Positions 1-10,393 of a DNA stretch of 64,000 nt are shown in pieces (within the stretch, counting starts at the first letter, position 1; each line of letters opens with the position of its first letter). The translations under genes were made by a program, and so were the position numbers. Origin of the DNA: a virus; the IMG/VR virus record IMGVR_UViG_3300045988_170943, positions 256,001-320,000 of that record. The stretch is one strand, 5' to 3'. Under the pieces are notes generated by a model. The model ran no database searches. It had not been told where the DNA came from and was given only the letters and a program-made list of their open reading frames with translations.

Positions 1-1704
1 ATTGACAGCATCCCCACAACGATCCTGTTCGTTCTACTGATCACCATGGCTCTGCTCATGTACCGTAAGGAGATCATTGACCTACTAGGCAAGGTCAACG
101 CCAAGGGCGAGGAACTGTCTTCCCAAATGAGTGACAGGCTGGGCCGCACCATGCGGGGTGCCGGTAGTGGCACCACACGTATGCTCAGTGCCGGTGTCGG
201 TGGCGCGGTCGGCGCGAAGATGGCCGGTGGCACCATGAGGTCCGGGTTCGCTGACGCAGCCAAACGTGACCTTAAGCGCAGCGGCGGCTTCGTCGGTAAC
301 GTCGCCCGCCAGGTTGACCGCGAGAATGTCGCCAACCGCGGCAAACTCAAGAACAAGGAGCAGGAGGCCAAACAGCAGGAGCGTGACGCCCAGCAGGCAG
401 CGAAGAACTGGCAGGACGCATCCAGAGGCGCCTCTAAGGAGATCGCCAGCCAGGAGTCCAGGAAGGCCGCCGACCAGAAGACCATTGACCGGCTGGAGGG
501 CGAGAAGTTCAAGAAGACCCACGCGACCTTCATCGCCCGTAAGGACCTGATCACGGACGCTGAACTACACCTGGAGCGTGTCAACAACAACCCCGAAGCC
601 ACCATGGATGAGCGGGAGTCCGCAATCTCCAGGCTTGAGCAGGTGCGCGCATTCGTCGAGTTCGAGAACCTTGGTGAGCGTATCGGTGCTTTGGAGAAGC
701 AAAAGTCAGCCATCAGTGACCCAGCGCAACGTAAAGCCTTCCAGAACCGTATCAACGGACACTACACCAGGATGGACGAGTTGCAAGAACCGTTCGAGGA
801 GATCGACGGCCGCACCTTTGATGACCTCAGGGGTCAGGTTGCTTTCAACGCTGACAAGGTGGCCGCCAGAGCCAAGTTCGGGTCTGAGCAGCAAGCCGCT
901 CTTGACAAGGCATACCGCGACCAGGATGAAGCGGACCGCAACATTGACAAGGCGACGGCTGAGCGCGACCTCTACGATCAGCGCGCAGCAGGAGCACACC
1001 GGGAGGCCGCTGAAGCCGGACAACGTGGACGCATGTACGGTGAGATCAACGACCGTAACGCTGCGGCAGCGGGTAGGACCGTCACAGCCAAGAGTATTGA
1101 CAAAGCCGACAAGAAGGTAGCGAAAGCACGCCAGGAGAAAGGCTTCGTATCCAAGGAAACCGCTAAGAAGGACCTGAAGGCTGAACACAAGCGTAACCGT
1201 GGTAAAACCAAGGTGACCGCAGACGTCCATATCTATGGTGATCAGGACACTGATTTGGACGGCAAGGGGGCGAAGTACGATGCTGACGGCACCGCCATAG
1301 CACCACCAAAACGCTCACGCAGACGACGTGCTGACAGCAGCAGGAGGCCATCATCACCGTCTCCCGTAACTCCGCCAAGCGCATCAACACCCGAACTGCC
1401 CGCACTGGATCTACCGCCTATCAGTGGCACAAGTGAGTCAGAATCACAGTCCAAGCCAACGACTGAGGACAAGCCTACCAGGAGGCAGAGGAGCGTGCCG
1501 TCGCCGGACAGGATGCCTGACTCACCCCCTACCCCGAAGCCAACACCGGAGAGGAAACCAGAACCCACCCCGACGCCACCGCCTGCACCCCAGGAAAAGC
1601 CAGTAGCAGACACAAGAACCAGAGAAGAGGTGAACCCACCAATGCGTAGACCACGGCCACCACGACCGAATCTTCCCCCAAGAAAGCCTCGTGACACCAA
1701 GTAA
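1..1704 (+). CDS. 5'-partial hypothetical protein: N-terminal hydrophobic segment, long K/E/R/A-rich coiled-coil region, Pro/Thr/Ser-rich basic C-terminal tail
   Basis: The ORF track starts it at 46, but the same frame is open back to nt 1 (IDSIPTTILFVLLIT precedes the Met), so the gene begins upstream of the window. The composition is charged and coiled-coil; the tail is PTPKPTPERKPEPTPTPPPAP. Confidence 0.45.
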   Translation: MDSIPTTILFVLLITMALLMYRKEIIDLLGKVNAKGEELSSQMSDRLGRTMRGAGSGTTRMLSAGVGGAVGAKMAGGTMRSGFADAAKRDLKRSGGFVGNVARQVDRENVANRGKLKNKEQEAKQQERDAQQAAKNWQDASRGASKEIASQESRKAADQKTIDRLEGEKFKKTHATFIARKDLITDAELHLERVNNNPEATMDERESAISRLEQVRAFVEFENLGERIGALEKQKSAISDPAQRKAFQNRINGHYTRMDELQEPFEEIDGRTFDDLRGQVAFNADKVAARAKFGSEQQAALDKAYRDQDEADRNIDKATAERDLYDQRAAGAHREAAEAGQRGRMYGEINDRNAAAAGRTVTAKSIDKADKKVAKARQEKGFVSKETAKKDLKAEHKRNRGKTKVTADVHIYGDQDTDLDGKGAKYDADGTAIAPPKRSRRRRADSSRRPSSPSPVTPPSASTPELPALDLPPISGTSESESQSKPTTEDKPTRRQRSVPSPDRMPDSPPTPKPTPERKPEPTPTPPPAPQEKPVADTRTREEVNPPMRRPRPPRPNLPPRKPRDTK

Positions 1705-1760
1705 ACCAAGACCCCTATTAGCAGCCGGAGAATAGCCGCCACCAGGAGAAGAAACCCAAC

Positions 1761-3665
1761 ATGAGTGACAACTGGGAAGCCCCCAAGACTACCGACCCGG
1801 AGTTCGGCTATGAGCCTGATGCTGTAGCCGACAGCGAGGTGTACCCAGATGAAACTCAGTATCTCGACGGTGGCGGCATCCCCGGCCGCGATATGCCCGA
1901 GATCCGTTCTGCCCCAACGTTCATGCCTGGGACGAGCCGCAACATTGACCCCAGGGCTGAGCAGAACTCCGATCTAGAAAAGGGCAGTGACTCACCAAAG
2001 GGAGACGGTAGCCACCCCAGCAACCCAGGGGGCCAGAGGGGCAAGTCACACGGAAACAACGGAGACCCCAACAGCAAGCCCCCAGTAGGTACCCCTAGTG
2101 ATGGAGGTTCCAGCGAAGGAGACGGAGAAGGTAAAAGCGGCGACGACCCTAAGTCAGGTGGAGGCAAGGGCCGCGGTGGCGTCAAAGGTGTAGCCGGGAA
2201 CCTCGCAAAGAGTGCAGCCGCCCATGCCGTACCAGAGAAGGCGGCAGAGACAGCGGCAAAAGCCGCAGAGACCGCGCGGCGTGTCCAGTCGGCAGTCCAC
2301 ACAGTCGTCCACTCTGTGCAGGGCGCTGTCGCTGTCGTCATAAACCCTGTCTCATGGATCATCCTAGCGGCAGCCGTCATTATCACCGTGGTGTCTCTCG
2401 CCGTGACCTCATCCATGATGGTGATCGGCCGTAATGAGAACGCAGACGGGTGCTTCGGTATCGGCGGTGACGCGAAAAGCGGGCGAGGCATCCTTGGTAT
2501 CGGGTCAGCGATTCAGGGCGCCAAAGACAAGGTAGACCAGGAGGGAGAGGACTGGACCCAGCGAGGCAACCAGGCTGGTTCGTGGCTCATGTCCCAGAAG
2601 TGGGAATTCCTGGGAGGTAAGGGCATGTCCCGCGAGCAGGCCGCTGGCATCCTCGGTAACTTCATCCAGGAGTCCGGCCTGAAGTATGCTCGCGCCGAGA
2701 TGAAAGGCCCAAACGCTGACGGCTCACTAGACCATATGTCAAATGAGCAGGCGGATGCCTTCACAAAGGACAACGCACCGGCTGGTCTTGGTCTGGCTCA
2801 GTGGACGTGGAACCCTGGGCGCGCTAAGACCCTCCTGGACCTGGCGAAGAGCATGGGGAAAAACTGGTACGATGCCGAGGTCCAGTTGACCATGATCAAG
2901 AACGAGGTTGACTCCTCTTACGGGCAGCGTCTCCTCGCGGCAGGCTTCAACGACCAGGGTAAGTCTGAGAAGGATCTGGCACTCATCTTCCACGATGTCT
3001 ATGAGGGCTCCGCAGACGGTGCTCAGGGACTCAAGGAGCGTCAGGACAGTGCCAGCGAGTTCCTGTCAAAGTTCACCGGGTCCGCGGGTCTCCCCAGCAG
3101 TGACGGCGGCGGGTCATGCAGCCGCGGTGGAGGTACAGCAGTAGGTGGAGGCAAAGACAACATCGTCAAGTTCGCCATCTCTATCGCCTACCCCACCAAA
3201 GAGGAGTCGAAGTGCCCTGAGCCTCGTGGATACTCCTGTGCCCCTCAGGCGTACAAAGACGCTAAGCACAAGATGGAAGGGCAGACTGGTGCTGACCCAC
3301 TGGACCTGTGGGCCGACTGCGGTCGTTTCGCCGCCACCGTCGTAAAAAACACGGTTGACCCAGAGTTCCCGTGGGGGCCGACAGGAGAACAGTACAGGTA
3401 CGCCTCATCATCCCCGAAGTGGCAGGCCTATAATGACTACAGCCAGCGCCAGCCAGGCGACATCTTCATCACGAAACCCGAGTATGTGGGCCACATCTTC
3501 GTGTACCTGGGACAAGTTGATGGCGTGGAGAAGATCGCTGAGGCTTCCATGGAAGAGCGCGTGGGTGGCGTTGGAGAGTTCTACCTGAACTCCTCCCTCA
3601 CTGAGGACTACGCAGTAGGTGGTGCACACAGGCAATTCACGGGATTCCACTACGTGGGCAGCTAA
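1761..3665 (+). CDS. Membrane-anchored bifunctional peptidoglycan hydrolase (lysozyme-like glycosidase region plus C-terminal CHAP/NlpC-P60-like Cys-His peptidase), VirB1/PrgK-like
   Basis: A single TM segment (VINPVSWIILAAAVIITVVSLAV) follows an acidic, Gly-rich N-terminus. The central region (GNFIQESGLKY ... LGLAQWTWNPGR) resembles phage/T4SS lysozyme-like domains. The C-terminus carries Cys and His in CHAP-like context (DLWADCGRFAA ... YVGHIFVYLG). Confidence 0.55.
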   Translation: MSDNWEAPKTTDPEFGYEPDAVADSEVYPDETQYLDGGGIPGRDMPEIRSAPTFMPGTSRNIDPRAEQNSDLEKGSDSPKGDGSHPSNPGGQRGKSHGNNGDPNSKPPVGTPSDGGSSEGDGEGKSGDDPKSGGGKGRGGVKGVAGNLAKSAAAHAVPEKAAETAAKAAETARRVQSAVHTVVHSVQGAVAVVINPVSWIILAAAVIITVVSLAVTSSMMVIGRNENADGCFGIGGDAKSGRGILGIGSAIQGAKDKVDQEGEDWTQRGNQAGSWLMSQKWEFLGGKGMSREQAAGILGNFIQESGLKYARAEMKGPNADGSLDHMSNEQADAFTKDNAPAGLGLAQWTWNPGRAKTLLDLAKSMGKNWYDAEVQLTMIKNEVDSSYGQRLLAAGFNDQGKSEKDLALIFHDVYEGSADGAQGLKERQDSASEFLSKFTGSAGLPSSDGGGSCSRGGGTAVGGGKDNIVKFAISIAYPTKEESKCPEPRGYSCAPQAYKDAKHKMEGQTGADPLDLWADCGRFAATVVKNTVDPEFPWGPTGEQYRYASSSPKWQAYNDYSQRQPGDIFITKPEYVGHIFVYLGQVDGVEKIAEASMEERVGGVGEFYLNSSLTEDYAVGGAHRQFTGFHYVGS

Positions 3666-3754
3666 CAGGGGCAGGATATACTGTCGAAAAAGAAGCCACG
3701 CCTTTGTGGGACAGTTGCACGCACTTTTTACGAACGACCCAGGGGGATTCACGC

Positions 3755-4654
3755 ATGACAACAGAGAACTACGACACTGAGGGTGAGAACTTCGAGGAAC
3801 CTACCCTGAAAGAACGCATTGTCCGAACTGGGCTCATGGTTGTGCTCGTGGTGGCTGTAGCGGCAGGTGCTGTTACTGCCGTGAACTGGTGGGGAGCCCG
3901 AAATGAGCAGAACAAGGAGCCCGCATCGGTTGCCATGTCGGACACAGAAAAGACGAAGGTTGCCACAACTGCTGAACTGTTCCTCAGCAAGACCGGAAAC
4001 TTCGGGGTCGTCTCCGGTACCGTGGACCAACAGGGTGACAATGTGATCACTGTCGCTAACACTGTCTCCACCGCTCCAGAGAAATACCCGTCACTGTTCA
4101 TCACCAGGCAGATGGCGTACCGTAACGCCCTCCCCGTCATCGCTAAGGGGGCTCCCGCCTACATGGATGGTGTGTCAACCAGCAAGTGGTCCAACGAAAC
4201 CGACCTAGGGTACCTGATGGGATTCGAGTTGAAGGACTCTAAGGTGCAGCCCGCAGACAAGGCGTCATACATCACCTTGAATGGTAAAAGGGTCCTGGCG
4301 GTGAAAGCCAAGGGTACGTTCTCCAGCCGTGTCACTATGCGCGTCCAGAACGGCAATGATGTCGATTGGGATGGAACCTACACGGTACAGTCCAGGGGCT
4401 TCTCCGACCAGACGGTGGAGTTCACTCTCGTTCAGGTTGATGGCACATGGCTGGTGTTCTCCGTGGACAAGTTAGAGCACCCATTCCTGCTGGCTAACTG
4501 GAAGAACCCCATCTACGCGGGGTACGACTTGAAGGACTACAAGGTGACCTCCAGTATTCAGACGACTCGCGGCCTGGGCGGTAAAGGACAGCCGAACCAG
4601 AACTCGTCCCTGACACCAGAGCAGGCACAGAACATCACCCCACAGGGGAAGTAA
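3755..4654 (+). CDS. Hypothetical membrane-anchored (type II) protein
   Basis: Long ORF. ATG at 3755 is preceded by a GGGGGA RBS; the track start at 3704 is less likely. One TM helix (LMVVLVVAVAAGAVTAV) is followed by a ~250-aa exported domain. Confidence 0.4.
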   Translation: MTTENYDTEGENFEEPTLKERIVRTGLMVVLVVAVAAGAVTAVNWWGARNEQNKEPASVAMSDTEKTKVATTAELFLSKTGNFGVVSGTVDQQGDNVITVANTVSTAPEKYPSLFITRQMAYRNALPVIAKGAPAYMDGVSTSKWSNETDLGYLMGFELKDSKVQPADKASYITLNGKRVLAVKAKGTFSSRVTMRVQNGNDVDWDGTYTVQSRGFSDQTVEFTLVQVDGTWLVFSVDKLEHPFLLANWKNPIYAGYDLKDYKVTSSIQTTRGLGGKGQPNQNSSLTPEQAQNITPQGK

Positions 4655-4718
4655 CCAGAAAACCTATACCCCCACACACAGGGCACCACCATTCAGAAGC
4701 AACGAAGAGAGTTCACTT

Positions 4719-5540
4719 ATGGGGAAGCACGCGGCAGAGAACACACCACAACTACCAGCAGATGAGGGAAACTGGGAGCGGGATATGGACTCTGTGCTCG
4801 CCAGCATCGACACTCACACGGGCGGAGCAACCAACAGCGACACGAACCCCCAAGACGCCACACCCCCTGTAAACGCCAACGGCAGTGCCCCCAAGAAGAC
4901 AGCCCCGCCACTGGAGTTGGAAGCGGAAACCGCAATAGGCACTGATACTGCTACTGCCTATGAGGTTGATCTTGGCGACACGAGAAGCCACAGTGACGAG
5001 ACTGTAGCCAACCTGGGTGAAGAAGACGATACTGGCGACCTCAGCAACGACACCGCCAGTGTCGTGGATACCTACTTTGATGACGATGAGGAGTTCCTGG
5101 CTGGTGACGACAAGGTGCTAACCGAGGAGCAGGACATGGCCCTGTTCAAACAGTCCGGGAAGGTCGTCAAGTGGCGGGTGGAGAACCTGTACCGACCTAA
5201 CGGCGATTTTCGACGCGGCAACCTCGTTCGAGCCAACCCTCCAGTGCTCATCATCTCCGATAGTGATGGCAACGAGGTCGAGTTCATGGTCACCAGGGAG
5301 TTCGCCGCATCCATGAGGTCCGTGATGGGTGATGCTGAGATCGCACACATGTCCAGCACTCTGCCGCCGTGGGCCACACCAACCAGGAGACCGGGCGTAG
5401 CCAATACGTCAACATGGAAGGAGCGATGCGCCGAGTGGGCGAAGGAGCACAAGGTGAAGGCCACAGGATTGATCCTGCTGGCTATCTACATGCTGGCATC
5501 AATGGTCTCCCCATTTATCATGCGATATTTCGGCAGTTAA
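4719..5540 (+). CDS. Hypothetical acidic protein with C-terminal transmembrane helix
   Basis: 273-aa ORF with an acidic N-terminal half and a C-terminal hydrophobic helix (TGLILLAIYMLASMVSPFIM). Confidence 0.4.
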   Translation: MGKHAAENTPQLPADEGNWERDMDSVLASIDTHTGGATNSDTNPQDATPPVNANGSAPKKTAPPLELEAETAIGTDTATAYEVDLGDTRSHSDETVANLGEEDDTGDLSNDTASVVDTYFDDDEEFLAGDDKVLTEEQDMALFKQSGKVVKWRVENLYRPNGDFRRGNLVRANPPVLIISDSDGNEVEFMVTREFAASMRSVMGDAEIAHMSSTLPPWATPTRRPGVANTSTWKERCAEWAKEHKVKATGLILLAIYMLASMVSPFIMRYFGS

Positions 5541-5571
5541 CAGTCAGGTTCAATCACTGAAGGAATCTAGC

Positions 5572-6120
5572 ATGGCGGCTGGTCCAGGTGGCAAGAAAGT
5601 TCGCGTATCGACAGGTGTTCTCACCAGGATGCTGTCAACGGCCGCAGTCAGGTGGGTGGGCGTCGCGCTCGCTATCCTTGGCGTCGTCTACCTGTGTTTC
5701 GCAGCCACTCTGCTGCGCGTCGTTCTACTTCGGGACAACAGTGTCGTACCAGTGAAGAACCTGACGTTCGAGGGCGGTATAGCGCCAGTCGGGTCGAAGG
5801 TGCTCGTCGATCCTGGCAACCATGATGGTGGTATCCTTGACCACTTGAAACAGTCTCTCACCCCATCCAGGCAGGCCAGTGTCGTCACCATTGAGGCTGG
5901 CCCCATCGGCAGACTCCAGTACGCTGACCCGATCCTCACCGTCGATGGGAAGGCTGTGACAAAAATCCACAGCGAAGGCTACAGGGCTATCACTGAGGGC
6001 AGGGACGGCAAGTTCCTCAGAGATGAGTACGTAGTCCGCTGTGTTCAGGGTAACTGCACCCCAGGCGAGGTGTTCATCGTCCCGAAGGAGAAAGTCATCG
6101 GCCAGACCCTCCAGCAATAA
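5572..6120 (+). CDS. Hypothetical membrane-anchored protein
   Basis: 182-aa ORF with an N-terminal TM (VGVALAILGVVYLCFAATLL). An RBS-like GAAGGAAT lies upstream. Confidence 0.4.
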   Translation: MAAGPGGKKVRVSTGVLTRMLSTAAVRWVGVALAILGVVYLCFAATLLRVVLLRDNSVVPVKNLTFEGGIAPVGSKVLVDPGNHDGGILDHLKQSLTPSRQASVVTIEAGPIGRLQYADPILTVDGKAVTKIHSEGYRAITEGRDGKFLRDEYVVRCVQGNCTPGEVFIVPKEKVIGQTLQQ

Positions 6121-6227
6121 TAGTGCACCCCGACCGGCCAACAACTCACGGAAGAGCCAGTCAGCCAAGGGGACACTCGCCCAACACTATCTAGAGTGAA
6201 AGACACGAAAAGGGGACATGAGGACAC

Positions 6228-6512
6228 ATGCCAGGACCATTCGACGAGTTAGTCGGTAGCCGGATGACAGACCCGGATGAACGACAGGCCAAGGAGATCA
6301 CCCGCAGCAAGACAAGAAAAGGGCGACTTCACCATAGAGGGTCCGTGTCCGAGCAGTCCGCGGGCCTGTACCTTGGTGCACTCAGGATGATCCTGTTTGT
6401 TCTAGTGGTTGCGGCTGCGCTCTGGGCAGCGAAGTACGGGATCGAGACCTATATAGGGCACCCGATCAACTGGCACGATGCAACACTAGCACCCGTCCCT
6501 GTGGTGAGATAA
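6228..6512 (+). CDS. Small membrane protein
   Basis: 94 aa with a central TM (MILFVLVVAAALWAA). There is an AAAAGGGGA RBS upstream and a TAATG stop/start overlap with the next gene. Confidence 0.35.
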   Translation: MPGPFDELVGSRMTDPDERQAKEITRSKTRKGRLHHRGSVSEQSAGLYLGALRMILFVLVVAAALWAAKYGIETYIGHPINWHDATLAPVPVVR

Positions 6513-6976
6513 TGGGACACACAGGCATCCAGCAGATCGTAGCCCTCAGAGAAGGCCAAGGAGATAAGACAGCCCTCAGTCGGGAACTCGTGCACATACT
6601 AAAATGCGGGGATCCGCGAGCGCTCAACTCACTGGCCGTATCGATCCTCAGGGGGGTCCAGCCCAAGTGCTTACCTGTGGGTGACATCCTGAAAACCCCC
6701 ATGAGTACGATCCGTTGCACCACATACCAGGCCCCAGGTGGTGACACGTATGTCGCTCTCGGAGTCGCATACCTACAGGACTACAGGAACCCCGACCCCA
6801 CCTTGGACACAACCATCCTGGACGCTACTGTGAACTATGTGCAGTCAGTGAACCTCGACCAGGTGATCACCGACATCACCATCAACAACCACCAGCACAC
6901 CATCCACCCCGCCACACCCAACATCACAGACAGTGGCAGTACGCGCGGGCGACAGCGAGAGGAGGGCACCAAGTGA
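6512..6976 (+). CDS. Hypothetical protein
   Basis: 154-aa ORF with a TAATG overlap to the upstream gene and a GTGA overlap to the downstream gene, indicating an operon. Confidence 0.35.
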   Translation: MGHTGIQQIVALREGQGDKTALSRELVHILKCGDPRALNSLAVSILRGVQPKCLPVGDILKTPMSTIRCTTYQAPGGDTYVALGVAYLQDYRNPDPTLDTTILDATVNYVQSVNLDQVITDITINNHQHTIHPATPNITDSGSTRGRQREEGTK

Positions 6977-7380
6977 GCGACCCCACGGTCAAAAATGGAC
7001 TGCCCTACACGGTGCCAGACGACCGGCCCTCCTACCCCATCCCCAAGGCAGACATAACTGGGTTCACCGTCCCCGCTGAACTTATCGCCCGCCAGTACAC
7101 CCCCAAGGACCGCGACACCATAATCGCAATCCACCACGAGTTAACCAAGCATGGTGCAGTCGATAACCACTCCACATTCACCGACCCTGCCGCCAGCACC
7201 ATCAGCCTCGTCAACAAAATCCTGGACGAAGCGAACCAGGCGGCACAATTCGAGAGAGACATACACCCTCACCTGTACGACCAAGACACCATGAGCGTCC
7301 TTGACTCAATGGACAAGGATTACCAGGGCGACGAGAACCCCCTCATAGACGGCCTTGACGAACACGGCAACCCATGGTGA
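6973..7380 (+). CDS. Hypothetical protein
   Basis: 135-aa ORF starting at a GTG that overlaps the upstream stop. Confidence 0.35.
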   Translation: MSDPTVKNGLPYTVPDDRPSYPIPKADITGFTVPAELIARQYTPKDRDTIIAIHHELTKHGAVDNHSTFTDPAASTISLVNKILDEANQAAQFERDIHPHLYDQDTMSVLDSMDKDYQGDENPLIDGLDEHGNPW

Positions 7381-7435
7381 CCTGTGTCACACTGCAAACA
7401 AGACCGTCACACTCATATAAGCATATCACAAACAG

Positions 7436-7465
7436 TTGACAATCGCCACCCCAATAGTGTAGTGT
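7436..7465 (+). promoter_or_regulatory. Candidate promoter (TTGACA -35, 18-nt spacer, TAGTGT -10) in the 270-bp non-coding gap upstream of the sigma-factor gene
   Basis: TTGACA at 7436-7441 and TAnnnT-type TAGTGT at 7460-7465. The gap is AT-richer than its surroundings. Confidence 0.3.
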
Positions 7466-7649
7466 ACACCACAGATCGCTCCGGGTAGGAGAGCAGCCTC
7501 AAAGGTCAGCGGTCAACACTCGTCGTTAGGGTACTGCTGGTTGCGTTCACACCTAGCCTGTTGCTGGCTAACGTGTCGATATTTGGCGGGCACTTTAACA
7601 CGGGTGTAGCCATAATTGACAAAAATACGAGGCTTAGCAACAACAAGAG

Positions 7650-8600
7650 GTGACAATGGCTACCTACCAGTACCTTACCCGCGAGCAGGAACTAGCCTAT
7701 GGGCGCCAGGTCCAGGCCATGCTGAAGGTGAAGAAGGATGCCGAAGGTGAAGGCATCGACCTGGAAAAGTTACAGCAAGGTCCAGTCAACAAGATCAAGG
7801 ACCCAGAACTCAGGAAGATACGCACCATCCTAGATGACGGGAACCGTGCAGCAGAAGCACTCATCGAAGCGAACACTGGACTCGTCATCGACAGGGCCAA
7901 GAGATTCAAGGAAGCATACCCTTCCGCACCTGACCTCGAAGACATCATCCAGGACGGGAAAGCCGGGCTAGTGCGGGCAGTGTGGAAGTACGACCCCAGC
8001 CGCGGACTGAAGTTCTCCACAATGGCTGTCCCATGGATCTTCCAGTCCATCAGCAGGTCAGCGAACCAGGTCAGCCGCCCTATCAGGCTACCAGAGAACC
8101 GTGTCGATCAGTTGTCCAAGATCATGCGCATGCGTAAGGATTACGCCGACACCGGAATGCGCATGAAGGAGATCGATCAGGAGATCATGCAGAAACTTGG
8201 CCTGTCCAAGGAAGTGTTCGACTCCATCGTCCACGCTTCTGTCCCACTGGTGTCACTGAATGTGGAGATCAGGGATGGCGACACTCATAAGGAACTGGGA
8301 GACCTCATCAACCTCGGCCAGGAGCCATCCGTGGAGGAGCGATTCGAGCAGACTGCGATGAGCCGGGAACTCACCTCTGCGATCCTCTCACTGGGGGACA
8401 TGAACGCAGACATCATCGCCGCAGCATTCGGCATTCACCTCCCTGGCCGGGCGCTAATGCGACCCAAGGATGCGAAGACTAAGTGGCACATATCCAACAA
8501 GACGTATGCGATGCGACTTAAGGCAGCAGTTGAGGCACTAAGGCAGGTGCTCTCATCTAAGGGGCTCACATACTTGGACCTGGCCGCTGCCGCCCAGTAG
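7650..8600 (+). CDS. Sigma-70 family RNA polymerase sigma factor
   Basis: Region 2 signature DGKAGLVRAVWKYDPSRGLKFSTMAVPWIFQSISRS and C-terminal HTH-like regions. GAGGTGA RBS upstream. Confidence 0.7.
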   Translation: MTMATYQYLTREQELAYGRQVQAMLKVKKDAEGEGIDLEKLQQGPVNKIKDPELRKIRTILDDGNRAAEALIEANTGLVIDRAKRFKEAYPSAPDLEDIIQDGKAGLVRAVWKYDPSRGLKFSTMAVPWIFQSISRSANQVSRPIRLPENRVDQLSKIMRMRKDYADTGMRMKEIDQEIMQKLGLSKEVFDSIVHASVPLVSLNVEIRDGDTHKELGDLINLGQEPSVEERFEQTAMSRELTSAILSLGDMNADIIAAAFGIHLPGRALMRPKDAKTKWHISNKTYAMRLKAAVEALRQVLSSKGLTYLDLAAAAQ

Positions 8601-8679
8601 CACAAGCCGAACCTACATTCCTCCACTCCGCCACGGCGTGAACAATGACCAGTGGAGAGAGTGAGGAACCACCTGCCGT

Positions 8680-8730
8680 AATGGTTGGGGCTAAAGCATG
8701 TCGGTAAGATGATGCATAGCCCCAACCATT
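8680..8730 (+). terminator. Perfect 14-bp inverted repeat hairpin (AATGGTTGGGGCTA / TAGCCCCAACCATT, 23-nt loop) downstream of the sigma-factor gene
   Basis: Read directly from the sequence. It has no U-tract, as is common for Actinobacterial intrinsic terminators. Confidence 0.45.
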
Positions 8731-8804
8731 CACGTATTGGCGCCCCCACCACAGAAGAATAAACAGAAGAAGGGCTCCAATACTACATGACACCGAGGTA
8801 GGTA

Positions 8805-9095
8805 ATGGCTAAGAAGAAGAACAGGCGCACCCCCATTTACATCGGGTTCCATGTGCCGTCACACACATCCACGGAACATGCACTCGCCACCATAAGTGGC
8901 GCCACCAAGATGCTACTGGACGACGGAACCTGGAAAACCATGGGTATCAACGAAGGAGACGAGATAGTAGTAGCCTTCACCACCCCCACCAGTGCGCACG
9001 CCCCCGAGTTCTTCCAGTCGCTCCAGTCCCTACTGTCCGTCACCCAAGACTTCACCCCACACTTCACCCAGTGGACCAAGGAGGACACCCAGTGA
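8805..9095 (+). CDS. Hypothetical protein
   Basis: 96-aa ORF with an AGGTAGGTAA RBS upstream. Confidence 0.3.
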   Translation: MAKKKNRRTPIYIGFHVPSHTSTEHALATISGATKMLLDDGTWKTMGINEGDEIVVAFTTPTSAHAPEFFQSLQSLLSVTQDFTPHFTQWTKEDTQ

Positions 9096-10366
9096 TCGGT
9101 GACGCCATCTACACCCGTGAAGAGTTCCTAAAACAGCCCGTAGACTTCCGTATCGGCGGGATCATCAGTGACGGCCAGTGGTACAGTTTCCCGAAGTGGA
9201 AGATGATGAGCAACTGCACCGAAGAGGAACTGTCCGCATGGATCGAAGAGCACATGCTTGACGGAAGTCTCCTCCAGTCCCCAACGGGCGCGAAGTCGTA
9301 CCGACTACGCCTGGATGCGATGCTTGACTGGTACAATGACCACGACCTTGAGTTCCCCGGCCAACTCACCAAGTTCATCTACCCGCCCAGGGTGTGGGAC
9401 GGCATGACGGAGGTTGATGGATTCCTTAAAGCCCCGCTACGTACCATCGGTATAGTTTCCTTCAACTGCTCCAACAGCACGGCAGAGAGGATCACTGAAG
9501 AACTCCGAGGTATTGCCAGAGTCCGTGAGGTTGAGCCAGGCAGGTGGAAAGCATTCTGCCTGAACGCCCAGTATGTTCGCAGTATTGTCGCCAGCATCCT
9601 GGATGAGGTGGACGACCCTGGTAAGAAGATCCACACGATGACGGCCGCAAAACGCCGGGAGATGCAGGACTTCACTGACGAGTTCAATCGGGGCATGCTT
9701 GCTTTCTATGTCTCATACTCTAAAGAGAACACGCTGAAGAGCCTCATGGAGACCATCAGGATTTTCATCCCGAACGAGGAAGACCAGAACTCACAGATCA
9801 CCGAGTGGGTTATTCTCGCTATTCAAAAGTTCGATGAGTCCGCGTCCGTCCCATTCAGCGGCTACCTAGACGCAGTACTGAAACGGTGGCCCTTTGACCT
9901 GCCGCAAGCGCACCTGGGGAAGGAACTGAGCACCTTCCAACGCAACCGCTCACGCGCTATCAAGGCTCTCAAGAAGCGTTTCAAGGGCCGGGAAATGTTC
10001 ACTAGCAGCGAGTTAGCAGAAGAGATGGACATATCCATGGCTAAGTTCGCCGACCTAGATGAGAAGCACAACGTGTGGCTTCGCACAAAGAGGGCCACGG
10101 AACTGAATTGGGAAGGACGCTCTGACGAGAAAGAGGCAGACCAGCACTCCAACATCATGATGGGTGGCGTCGGCACAATCCCCTCAGACATCACCCTAGC
10201 CCACAAACTATCTGTCGCGGTAGTTTCGTCCGCTATTGATACTGGAAGGTTCGACGACGCCTACACGCTGATCAGTCAGATCGACGTCAGAGACATTGAC
10301 ATGAAACAGGTGGAGTCTCTGTCACCAGAGTTCGTGAAGGCGCTCGGGTCGAAACTCGCAATCTAA
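9071..10366 (+). CDS. Hypothetical protein whose C-terminal half looks like a divergent sigma-70 region 2-4 (possible additional sigma-like factor)
   Basis: KFDESASVPFSGYLDAVLKRW resembles the sigma region 2.3/2.4 pattern FDPSRGxxFSTYAxxWI. TSSELAEEMDISMAKFADL is HTH-like. The N-terminal 240 aa are unassigned. Confidence 0.35.
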   Translation: MDQGGHPVIGDAIYTREEFLKQPVDFRIGGIISDGQWYSFPKWKMMSNCTEEELSAWIEEHMLDGSLLQSPTGAKSYRLRLDAMLDWYNDHDLEFPGQLTKFIYPPRVWDGMTEVDGFLKAPLRTIGIVSFNCSNSTAERITEELRGIARVREVEPGRWKAFCLNAQYVRSIVASILDEVDDPGKKIHTMTAAKRREMQDFTDEFNRGMLAFYVSYSKENTLKSLMETIRIFIPNEEDQNSQITEWVILAIQKFDESASVPFSGYLDAVLKRWPFDLPQAHLGKELSTFQRNRSRAIKALKKRFKGREMFTSSELAEEMDISMAKFADLDEKHNVWLRTKRATELNWEGRSDEKEADQHSNIMMGGVGTIPSDITLAHKLSVAVVSSAIDTGRFDDAYTLISQIDVRDIDMKQVESLSPEFVKALGSKLAI

Positions 10367-10393
10367 CCTCATTGAGTATCCAGGAGACGGCAC

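Noticed and set aside
46-1704. Treating the first ORF as complete, starting at ATG 46.
   Set aside because: The frame is open to nt 1 and encodes a hydrophobic stretch upstream of the Met, so the gene most likely starts outside the window.
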